Below, one piece after another: positions 37,501 through 49,500 of a stretch of DNA of 64,000 bases; position 1 is the stretch's first letter, and every line of letters starts with the position of its first letter. The stretch is taken from positions 30,318,001 to 30,382,000 of the forward strand of contig OZ076417.1 in assembly GCA_964187785.1 (NCBI GenBank), written 5' to 3'. This DNA is from Amphiscolops sp. MND2022 (lineage: Eukaryota). Under the pieces are notes generated by a model. That model was not told where the DNA came from and searched no databases. It saw only the letters and a list, made by a program, of their open reading frames with translations. The position numbers were made by a program, and so were the translations under genes.

Positions 37501-40500
37501 CAACTTCTGATGTTGTCCTCAAGGGTTCGGGTGCTTGATTGCAATCAATGAAATGAATAGAAGAGCCATAACCCGAAATGATATCAGTCGAATGAAACAC
37601 ATGTTCTAAACATGCAACAGTCATGCTGGGAAAGGGATCAGAGGAACAACAGAAATTTATGACAATTCATGGAAAATTCGTTCCTCAGAAAACTGAAGGA
37701 ACAACACCAGTGTAAAATTCAAGAAATCAATCATTATTTACAAACAAAAAAAACAATCCGTGTGCCAATTCCAGGTCAAAAGTGGTGATTTCAATAAGAG
37801 CAATCACTATTTACTGCAATCAATGAAAGGCCGACAGTGGTTTTCATTAAAACATGGATAGAGTCCATTAAAATTGAAGTAATCAAAAGATGCGGTAAAG
37901 AGGGAATCAAAAAACCATGAACAAAAAATTCAAGACAGATGCAGGTTCAAGATATCTAAGATATCCAATTCAGTTTTTCTCTGTACTACCGGGGTTCGAA
38001 CAAAAAATTACAATACCACCCCCCTCCCACTAGCAGGTATATCAAGAAAATCCGATCAAACTCAAACTTCATTCAACCAACAAATTCGCTAGCAAAACCC
38101 AAGTTCAACAGGATTGAGAAGTTTTCACTGTGCATATCATCGCCACTCAATTTAGAACTTTACGCCGTGAACTTGAGAGAAAAAACAAACGGTTCTTCAG
38201 CGAAAGATGGCGCTTTGCCTATTTTCTGCACTAACAAAAATTAGCAGTTTTTGTCAACAAATTTTGTGGGAATTCGAGCCCGAAATAAAGTGACGGGGAA
38301 ATATTTGAGAGTGCAAAAACAGGACCATGGAAGGTTTGAACCTGAAAGTGTTCATTCAAACCACATGTCGTAAATTTTTGAATAAAAGGTCTGGTTCATA
38401 CAAATAATGCGGATTATATTAGAGTGCCTTTTACCAGACAAAATACGACACGCAGTAGCGGAAAAATCAATCGATGTTATAACTTCCGGTTTCCACAATG
38501 ATTAGTTGGGCAGTTCAAACCAATGAATGACATAAGAATTCTTGGTTTTTGTTTTCCTATTTTACACTGATAGCTGAAGTTCCATCTAATTTCCCAAAAC
38601 CATAACACCGAGCGGTTACCCAGACAAGCAAACATGCATGTTCTCATACAAAAACTGGAAAAATTCGTTGAGAGCATTGTTTTCGCAAAAAAGCACAAAT
38701 CTTTCAAAAAAACTATTACTTTCCGTGTGATGAATTCAGAAGAAAATGAACCAAGAATTTTGAAATCAACAAAACTTTGGACATCAATGACACTGCAGAT
38801 AGTATGATTCTCTTTTGAAAAGTATCCTGAAAGACAATTTTCAGAATCATATTATTGAAAAGACAGGATTTTTTCTATTCACGTAACATTTTAAAAGAAT
38901 AAACACCAAATGAGCGCAAGCAGATGAATACATGGCTGCAGAATTGAATATCAGAGCAAAATCATGAAATTTTTGCGCGCAATCGAACGCTCGCATGATT
39001 TCAATGAATATTTCCAGTGATTGTAAATGGGTAAGACACAAAAAAAAACATAGAAGACGGACCCTCGTTAGACAAAACAAAAATTCCACTCCCCAAAAGT
39101 GAAAAAAAAATGAAAAAACAATTCTCACCAGTTTCGTCGATTCCTGATAATTTCATCAACTCAGGTCGTTCTGAAACAAAAATTTTCATTCAACTTCTCA
39201 TTAGCATACATTCTTCGTATGCACACACACTCTTTGTATGTGCAGATACACAAGCGCAAACAAAAATTTGAATCCAAAAAAAACCATGGACTGGTTGAGA
39301 ATAAACGAACCTCTATTTCGTTTGTTTTGCTGATACAATTTTTCTATGAACAAAATAATGAAATTTCCACCCACTTTCACTTCGATTTTTCAGATTTTTT
39401 CTTAAATTCTGAAATCAAAATTTCAGAACATCATTACAACACATTGCACCTTGAAAATCTATGAACTGACCACAAGTAACACATAACTCACCATAAATCC
39501 CAGAACTCATTGGCTCCAGTAAAGACTGTTCAGCAGACATTTTCATGACCTTTTCTTCTTTTTCAGGATCTAAAAATGCCACCCCCTCAGCAAGTAACGA
39601 TGGCTCAACCTTTTCGGGTTTAACACTTTCTTCTCGCGCTACTTCAATATGAGTTAGGGCTGAAAATGCGGGGATTTCGGAACTTTTTTGCAGATCATTT
39701 CCATGTGTCTCATCTAAAAACACCACCCCATCGGCAAGTAACGATGGGTCAACTTTTTCAGGTGCAACACGCTCTTCTCGCGCTGCTTCAATATGAGTTA
39801 GGGCTGAAAATGCAGAAATGTCAGGACTTTTTTCCAACTCATTTCTATGTGTCTCAGGGAGCAACTCTTCCGGGTGGTATTCTGAGATAGCGTCAGCTAA
39901 GGATGTTGGAACTGGATCTTTGTTTTTAGACTCGCCAACATTCAAAATTGGTTGGAACGATTCGAGTTCAGATTGGGTAATTAGGTCGCTAGGGTCTGTT
40001 GAAGAAATGATGGGTTGGAATTTGTTTAGAGAGTCCAGAGAACTTGGTTCAGCCGGTGAGCTTAGGTCCTCTTCAGAAGAACTGACCACATCCATTTGCA
40101 ATGTTGGGAATGTTTGGTACACTATTTGCTTCTCAGGTGACGAGCTCAAAAGTACATCCAGGGTAGTTTCGGGGAGACTATCCATTTTAAGCAAAGGTTC
40201 TTTGCTGTCCTTACAAATTGGATCTTGTTCGATGATAGGTTGACATTCAGTCACCACGCTCATTTTCTCACCAGAATCCAGTTTCTGCAAATCTTCTCGG
40301 GTTTCGAGAATCTTCTGAGACCCAGGTTGAGTTGTCGGGATTTGACCCAGACTGCTCAAGTTTTCTTCTTTGGTTTCTTCATCCAATGGTTTAGCATATT
40401 CAACTGGTAATTCAGATTCTGGTTTCTTTTTAGATTCTTGATTCTCGGCGGATACGGTGTGTTCAGCTTTTTCGGGTTCATCCAATGCCTCCATAGAATC

Positions 40501-43500
40501 GCAAACATCCATGCCAGGCATGGTTTCAGTCACAGGTTTTGCAAACTCAAGAGGCTTATCGCTGGTGGATTCTTCTGGTAGAAGACTAGGGCGACTTTCA
40601 ATGCCATCTCGCAATTGCACAAACATACTATCGTCTACTATTTCTGGGCAGGCATCAAAAGTTTCGGGATCATTTTGAGGCAATGCTCTAGAAACAGCTG
40701 CCTCGATTTTTCTCGCCTTCGTTGGGTCAATATCATCTTCGTCGTAAATTTCCATCGGAGTTTCCTTCTGTGCTTCTTCGACAGAATCATCAACGGCTGC
40801 CTCTTCTGTTAAAATGTCTTCCGTCTCAACTGGTACAGCCCTTTGGGTAGCCAGATCCTCAATTTGAGCAATTTCTTTACACGTGTCCTCATCCAATTGC
40901 GACGGAGCTTGGTTCTCACTTTGACTCGGCAAGTCGTTCAGATTCTCTTCAGCGATCGGAGGTATCGTCCTGAATGTGACATGAGCCACCGGTTGATCTC
41001 GGGTGACATCCTTGTCCAAAGGAGGAGTGGACATGAAAACTGGGGTGACTGACTCATAGCCTGACTCCAAGTCAGTTGTGAACGAATCAGACGGGGATCC
41101 AGTAGGTGGAAGTAATCTAAACCTTGACATGGGTTGTGAGAAAGACGTGCCTCCGATACTCGACATGCTTGAATTGTTATCAGAAAGTGCCTTTATCGGT
41201 GCCAATGCAACTGCTTTTACTTCTCCAATTGACGCCAGCCAATCAACAGCAGGTATTTCAACTTCTTGTTCTTCGTTGAGAGTTGGCTCTGCTTCACCAA
41301 CTTTGAAGAGCTTGCCTTGTTTCACCAGTTCAGAGACGAAAGGCGTTTTCATTGGGTACTGTCTGGATTCAACTGCATCTTGTTCTCCCATTTCGCGCCT
41401 CATCAAAACCAAACCTTCATCCTTATCTTGTAATTTTTCAGCCTGCACTGAATAAATTTCACACGGCATTTCGAAATCACCTGTTTTTGCAAGACTCACT
41501 ATTTCAGCAGACAATGGTGGGATTTCTTCTTCCACGATATCGGATGCAGACTCCCGTCTTTTGCGCGAAATCGCGGTGATTCGATTTGAAATTGATTCCT
41601 GTATTTCTTTCGGAAATTTATCAAACTGAGATGCAAGGTCAGGAAAAACCTCTTTGATCATAGGATCCTGGTAAAACTTTGGGGGTTCCGTTTTTTCTGC
41701 ACTTTCGCCGACAACTTCAGGTTGCAAAGCTTTCGATAAAACAATGGATGACACATCCAATGCAACTGGCTCGTCTTCCATGATTTTAGGTTCACTTTCA
41801 GCTTCAGGTTTGCTTGGTGTTTCAGAGACATCGCTGACCACAAACTTGCGACACTTTCGCATCAGGCTGGATATAAATTTGGAAGGCTCAACTGGTTCTT
41901 CCTCAGAAACTTGCATGAGTTCAGTCTTTGTTTCGCTAGAAGAGCAAATTGTTTGCTCTTCAGTTTTGGGTTCGGTTTTAGCTGTTAGAATAGCAACTTC
42001 TTGAGTGAAGTCTTCGGTATTTGGAATTCGTTCAGAGTCTTTCTCGTCAATTTCTGAGCTTTCAACGAAGCTCAATCTGTTTTTATTCTTTTTGGATTTG
42101 ATGTTGATTTCTGTGATTCTCTGTTGAAGAGAGGAAGGCACTTGTCCTGGAAGCACTTCGTAGACATTCTGTCTCTCTTTTTCATCAGATCCAAGTCTTT
42201 CATGACTTTCTATCGAAATAGCTTCTCCCAACGAATTGTCCCACAAAGACTTTGGAAGCTCTACAAGGTAAGTCGACTTTTCTGAGGGCAAAGGTGTCTG
42301 AAGAGATTTGGGCAACTCATTGTATTTTATCAACTCATCGATGAAAACACATTGAGGTGGGTACCGCCGTATCTCCATGATTTCTCTTTCGAAAGGCAGC
42401 TTTCGAACTTGTAAAATGCTCAAAAACTTATTGCCACTTTCGGCAAACTCCTCATCTAGTTTTGCTCTCAAGATGTCATCCGTTTCAGACACTTTTATAG
42501 GAATGAAGGCTTTGGTCGGTTTAGGAATTCTGGCTTTCGCTTCTTTTGTTTTCACTGTTTCGTAAACAATTTCAGACTTCTCAGACGATTTTCGGTGCTT
42601 CAAATTTTGAGAAACCACTTTCAGAGCTAAAGTAGTTGTAGAAAGTTGCTCATCTTGGATTGATTTTGGAACTCTGCCCATGTTTATTAACTCTGTGACG
42701 TATTTTGAAGTCGGTTGAAACTCCCTGATTTCGTTGAAAACTGTTGATCCTTTTAGATCTTGAAGACTTGATGATATCAAAACTACTTTCTCACAATCGT
42801 CTTTGACCATCTCCACAACACTGGTATTCATTTTCAAGCTGGGCTCGCCTTTGCTTGTCACTTCCCACGAATTCAATCGGAGAAAGTTTTTGGGTACTTT
42901 CGGAAATTTGACAGCTTGACATATCTGGGAAATGGTTCTGTCGTCCACGAATAACAGTCGGCTTTCTTGTTGAGATGAAAGATTTCCAGAAAGCCATTCA
43001 GCGTTGTTGAGTTGTCGGTAAAGATCGTTTTTCACTTCTTTTGATGACAAATATGGTTGGAAATGATTTGCTGCTTTCATCTTTGAGACCAATTTCGCAT
43101 CAGCCAAATTATGCACAGGTACTTTAGCGTCTTTATACTGCTTCAGAGTCGGACTGCTTGCTCGATGTCGAGTTGTGACAGAAACAAAATTACCCTTCGA
43201 GTCAACGCCTTTTCGAGACAAATTGATAACTTTTTGCCCAGTTTTCAGTTTCTCTTCGGCCATTTTGATTTCCTGGATGTTCATTTCAGCTTCAAGGAAG
43301 TCAAACTTGTCTGCGTCAATCTTATTCAACTCTTTCGTTGCTTCAGGGTCTTGAGATGGGTCAGGAATGATAGGAACAAAATCACTGTTGACTCTTTCGT
43401 ATACTCGTTTTACAACCCGCTCTAGGACGTATCCTTCTTGGTTTGGGTCCTCTGATATAACTTCACGGTCTGGTTCCTCTAGCAAAAACGGGGCAGGTAC

Positions 43501-46500
43501 CAAGCCTTGGTCAACAAGGCTCAATAATGTAGGCGACTTGGGTCTGTGTATTTCTTGTGACACTGATTCTTCACCAACTCTGTCAACAAACCTCTCCGTC
43601 AACATCACAAGTCTTTCACTTGAGTCTTCGACAACGTCCTCAACTCGGATGATGTAAACAGCATTGTTATCAGCCTGGACCTCAGATTTGAAAACAGATG
43701 CATTCTCATTTGGGGTTTCCCGTTTTTTGACCAGAAACTTCCGCTGAATTACTTCCTCGGTAGACCTGTCGTGGACAGGCGTTGCGCAGAAAGATTCAGG
43801 CAAGACTCCAGTTTCAACTAAATTGAGTATCGTCGGTGAGTCCGCGCGATGTACAGTTTCGACGTTAACTCCGTCTTCGTTGTTGAATACTCGGATCATT
43901 CGTTCTCCTTTCTCGTCAGTTCCGTCCTCGATTCGGTATGACCATGCGTCGTAAGTCTGCGGAGTCGTGCTGTCTGCAGCTGCTTGTAGGAGATTCAAAG
44001 ACCTTGATCCAGGTGACACTGGTCGATCTTCGATGACCTTTTGTGACACTCTCTTCGATGTTTTGATCTCTTTTTCAGGGGCAAGAGGCAACTCAAATTG
44101 CATGTCAATAGAGTCAATGTAAGTGACGTTTTTGCGTTTTTGATATTCTGGTAACTTGCTCCTCAGTGTCTCCAACCTTTTGCTGTCGACGTCATACTTT
44201 CGTTCAAACTCGACTTCGTCACCGACCTCAGAGAGGTAGGTTTTTGTAACCAAAGAATACTTTCGGCCATTTTTATCTGTTTTGTCTTCAATTTTCACTG
44301 TGTGCAGAGAAACTTTCATGCCCTCGATTTCTTGTTCTGAAACTAGAGATTCGGTGCTAGATGTGGTCTCCATATAGCCACTTGCATCGGAACCAGAAGA
44401 CTTCCGTCTAACGGAAACCATCATTGTGTCAATATGGGGAGTCTTGGGAACGGATTTGACACCAGCTTCGCTGAGAATGTTCAACACTTCTTCCTCATAA
44501 TCAGTTCCCTTCACTTGTTCCAGCAGCTTCGGATCGTCCAATCGGAAGTACAGTTTTTCAGTGTTTTCTCCTTCGCCCACAACAATTTCAATTATTTCAT
44601 CGTTCGCTGACAACTGAGGCTCATCGTCTCTAGCAGGCAATGCGTTTTCCGGAATGATACCAGCATTCACCATGTCTCTAAGTTCAGGGTCGGTCACTTT
44701 GTACTCCCAAACTTTCTCACCATGGCATGTTTGGAACTTCACGTAAACTCGGTTAACTTCGGTCGACTCTTGGTCAGCAATTTGTTCAACAACAACAGCC
44801 ACCTCCGAATCGTTGATCGCGTTCTGTTCAGTCAACATAATTTCTTCGAGACCCGTGCTTGGGATTTCTCCGAATTCAACCAATGCTTTCACAACTATTT
44901 TGAGCATTCTTTCAAAAGTGTTTTTCAAGCTACTGTCTTTCAGAACTCGAGAAAGTTCTGCATCTCTGGGTTTAAATAGCAAAGTTTCAGAGTAAAATTT
45001 ATCCTCATCATCATTTTCGTTCTGCAGCATTTCGACTTCTACGAAAACTTCACTACAAGAGTAAGATTGATTGGGACTCAAATCATTGGGCAAGGAACCC
45101 TCTAATCGAAGTTTAGCAACATCAGCGTCATCTGGTGCGAATACTCGTTGTGAAGTCTCAACTCGCAAATCTTGAGTTACTTTTGCGGTTATGTTAGAAA
45201 CTGTGAAGCTGTTGTTGTCATTTATCCAAATCTCTTCTATTTTTCGGCCTTGTACAACAATAGAGATTGTCTTGTCTTTCGTGGACAAAAGAACTTTAGG
45301 AATATCTGTTTGAACAGAAACTTGCACAGGTGTTGACGACCTTTCCATGGGCATCGATGATATAGGTCCTGATTGTTCGGGATCCAGAAAGTCTTCTTCG
45401 ATTTCCCGATCGATTGTGGTGTGAATTCTAGTTTTAGATGATTCCAGAATCAAATTTGTGGGTCTGTCTGAGTTAGGATCATACTGTGATCTCGTTTCCT
45501 CGATGCTAGTTTTGAGGTATTTTTCTGAAATTGTCTTTGAAGATACAACTGGAAGACCGGCAACAAACTGTTCAATTGCAGGATCTCCCTTTCTGAATTT
45601 TTTCACCTCTTCGACTGTGTTTCCGTCTGGGCCTTTCACAACTCTGGTAATTTCTACAAAATGATCTTTTTCATAGGCCGTTTTAAACTTTCTCTTTGGT
45701 TCTTCAGAATCCAGCGGAATTATCTTCTCAACCAGTACTTCTTGTCCGTTCACCATCTCCGTTTCTACGCAAACTATAAACTTCTCCTCGCTTTCTGGAA
45801 TCGTATCGTCGCCCTTTCTGAATATATGCAACAACTCTGCTGCTTTTGGGTCATCGGGTTTGAAGTACTTAGCTTGGTTATGAGTAATTCCATTCTCGTC
45901 AGTGTACACTCTCGTTATTTCCACCAAACCTTGTCTAGACTGGGTTTCAAAGGACGACAAGCTATTGGGGTCAATTTCTCCTCCTGCTTGCAGAAGTTCT
46001 TGAACCCTAGGGTCATCCACGGGAATTTTTGTAGCCGTTGTTTCTAGTTTGTTACTAATCGGGTTGATCTCTTTGATTACATAATACTCATTTTCCATTT
46101 CCACAGATGTCGTGACTGTTTCTCTTTTTCGTTTGCTGGCCCGAACTCCCCGAGGAGACGAAGGTGTAACCGGCACAACATATGGTTTCAGCTCGATACC
46201 TTGTTGACCGGGGTCAATCTTGATGTCTTTCAATGACTCTCCTTTCACCGCAGCAGCTCTGGCAGCGGCAAAGTCTGGAAGCTGTAGTTTTGGAGCTTTT
46301 ATGGGCGGGGGTGGGTTCTGGATAACACGTGTAGTTGTCTGTCCCTGGTCTCTTTCTGTAACCAAGTCCACAGACTGAGATTCAGTTACAGTTTCTGTGA
46401 ATTGTTTTTCACGCTCCACAAGAGACGAAGTACGGTCTCCCTCCTGTAACAAAAGGATTCAAACATTGACTAGTTGAACTTGATAAAAAATATTTGAGCT

Positions 46501-49500
46501 TCCAGGAGCAACTGTTACAAGTTGCGTTCTGAGCCATCCGCTAGCTTCCAAGTTTGGAAAATATTCACTTGGACGCATTGTATCGTATGACAGAAAATTT
46601 GTCACTTCAAATTACAAAATTTAAATTCTACAGAACTTTAATCCACGATCTGTAAATTCTGAACTGGAGCAGCTCAAATATTCGATGCGTAATCGATTAG
46701 GCTTGTGATCAAAAATACGAATGCTTTTGCAGCTCAAGTTTGTGCAAAATAAAGTATACAAATAAAGTTTTAAATTTTCAATTTTTTTCAGAAACTACTA
46801 AATGCATGCTTATGGATCAAGAAGAGGAAACGTTTTAAGTCGACGCCCCGCTCAATTCTCTAAAGCTTGTCAAAAGGCTGTTTTCAAGAAAAGTTTAAAA
46901 GACCTCACAATGTAAAGAAATTGCCGAAGCGGGCCGTTTCTTGTCTGAAAATACCATAAAAAATCAAAGGGACGCTTTAAAAATCAAAATTTGTACGAAA
47001 ACAATTCCACAGTGCCTAAAAAGCAATTCTTTCAGTGATCGCAACAGAAAATAAGTAACTGCAATAGGTGGGGATTGATTTAATTTTCAAGACTTGTAGA
47101 CGACCTGAACAGAAAGACAAACACTGATAATTGTGATGAATAAGACAGTACTGTAATTACCCAAGTTGACCATTGACTCGTTTCCGACGTTTCATTCAAG
47201 ACCACAGCCTTTCATGGATAACAATGGATGATTTCTCATTACATTCGATTTATGGATAAATACCCATGGTGTTTTTCATATCATTTGATCTTGGATAATC
47301 ATCCATGATCATGGCTATGATGAGAATCCATGATTCTTCAATGAGGATCCAGGAAAGGAAGTTACATGTTTTGTCAACCATTGATGTTTTCAGCAAGTAA
47401 GTAATAAATATAGCATTCCAGCAAAAACCAATCAAGATGAAACAAATAACGTTTATGGAACTTTTTTCTGTGGGAGTATGAAAAAAACTATGCCAACGAA
47501 AATTTCAAAGTGATTGAAAAAATTTGTTGAATCAATTTCATAACGTTATAGTTGAATCAAATAGAAATCATACTACTGTTTTTAGTCGGCGCTTTTCTTA
47601 AGAAAAGAGCCCGACTATTACAGTCACTCGTTTTTTTTTCTTTTTTTTTATTTAAGACAGACTCGAAGCGACGAACGTTAAAATTAACGTTCAACTACTA
47701 AATAAGTACTAAACTACTGGACCGCTAAAGGCAAACGGGGAGCGCATTCATTTACTTTTTGAACGTTACATACAAGCCCGGACGGGACTAAAGTTTTAAC
47801 CCCCCCCCCCTTTCGATTTTTTTTCGGCGCTGTGAGACTTTTTTTCGAAATTTTTTTAATGTCCCCAAAGGGTCCCCCCTTTGAGTTTTTTGTTATTTTG
47901 CTACAGAATGCGTGTTTATAAATCAAAAAGGGTCCCCCCTTTTACATTTTTCGGCACTGTGCGACATTTTCCGAAAGAAATTTTTTTTTCGAAAATTTCA
48001 AGTTTTTTTCCAAAAAAAATGTTTTGCGCTTTTTGAGCCTTAGATATAGCGCCGACTTGAGACGTTCCCGTCTTGTTTACTTTTGGAAGTTTAAAAATTC
48101 CACTGGTACTCAAGATAGTACTATTTTTTCACCATTCCAATTTCAAAAGGACAGAGCGCACTGAAACCGGATTTTGATGGAGAGAGAGAGGAGATTTTGT
48201 ACCTTATTACAAGGAGGGCGTGTCAAATGAAGGAAATTGGGTGTCAGTACACTGCAAGCTGCAGAGCCTCTTACAGTGTCAATAACGGCCCAATAAAATA
48301 AATTTGGAAAACATCGGTAAGTGGAGGGTAATTTATAAATTAGTATGACAATTTTTATTGATCGTCGGAAATTATTTGGTTTGATGGGAAGCACCCGAGG
48401 GATAGCCAGATTCATGACAGCCCTCACTCGTGAACTATATCACTGATAGATGACTCTACGATTGTTTGTGCGCAACATTTTGCTCTGCAGTCTCTGAGAC
48501 AGAGGACGGAACTACGTAGAAGCAAAACTTATCTTGTTTCTAAGTTGCTTATCGCGTAGGCGAAGCTTTCTGAACTTTTTCCGTTGAACTCAATTAGTCG
48601 GGTAATTACTTCTGTGGCTGATGGTCTAGCGCCACCTGTACATGCAAAGACTAGGGGGTTAAAGGTGCTTTTTTCCACATTTGACTATGGACTCGTCTTT
48701 GAGCTTTCGAGATTCATGAAATTTATATACCTCGTTGACATCTCGGGACATGTTCTAGAGAACGGGTTGAAAATCTTGCCGTCGAAAAAAGTTCAACAGA
48801 AACGATAATGCATTGGAGGGAATCCGAGAGATTGAAAATCTCTTCACAGGGACTTATTGTCGGCTACACTGTCGCGGAATTCTGTTCTCGATAAATCAAA
48901 GGGATATCGTTTGAGTGGCAGCGTGTTGAGCCAGCTTGATGCACTTTTTTCAATTGATAGATCTAGTGCGTATCATTGATTTTCATCGAGTTTTCCTTGA
49001 AAATTGATATAGCTTTTCTTTGATTTTCGCGGACTTTTCTGATCTCTTTCACGATTAAAGACTGTCGAGCGTCATCGTCTGACCATGCTGCAATTTTTCT
49101 CGACCAGTTCACTTCTACTCTGTCTTGAGGATGTACTATGTTTCTACGATCAGATAGTACTAATACTGAATACATGAAGGATCCAGCCTTTTCTAACATT
49201 CAGTTTAAAACAGTTCATAACCTAAGGCTCAATACATGGTTCTCATCCATGATCATTCATTGCAGGCATCATTCATGATCATCATAAAGTTGGTCTAGTG
49301 ATAACGCACTAGCGGCGGAGGTCTCCATCTAATAATTCCTTCGACTGTTTTCGCCCAGGGTGGCCACTTTTCAAAAGAACAAAACCTGACCACAATTTTC
49401 TGACAAATTCAAGTAAATTTCTTACTTTTTCTGACCATTTTTATTGTTACAAAGGAAAAAAAGACATTTTATTTCTTGAACATCGAATGTATCACAGATT

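Noticed and set aside
23087-37624. 4,845-aa, 5,266-aa and 2,345-aa ORFs as stand-alone intronless titin-like genes
   Set aside because: They are flanked by phase-compatible splice sites that link them to the plakin and spectrin exons, and their ORF starts and ends run into intron-like sequence. No Ig/FN3/kinase motifs were seen. Independent transcripts cannot be fully excluded without RNA data.
38315-38340. ~25-bp motif aaaaaca.ggaccatggaaggtttga shared with 5561-5588
   Set aside because: It is too short to separate from a decayed dispersed-repeat fragment, and no further alignment was seen.
47290-49320. catccatgatcat-rich patches at ~47300 and ~49250
   Set aside because: Low-complexity ATG/CAT sequence with only short matches; no element boundaries could be defined.
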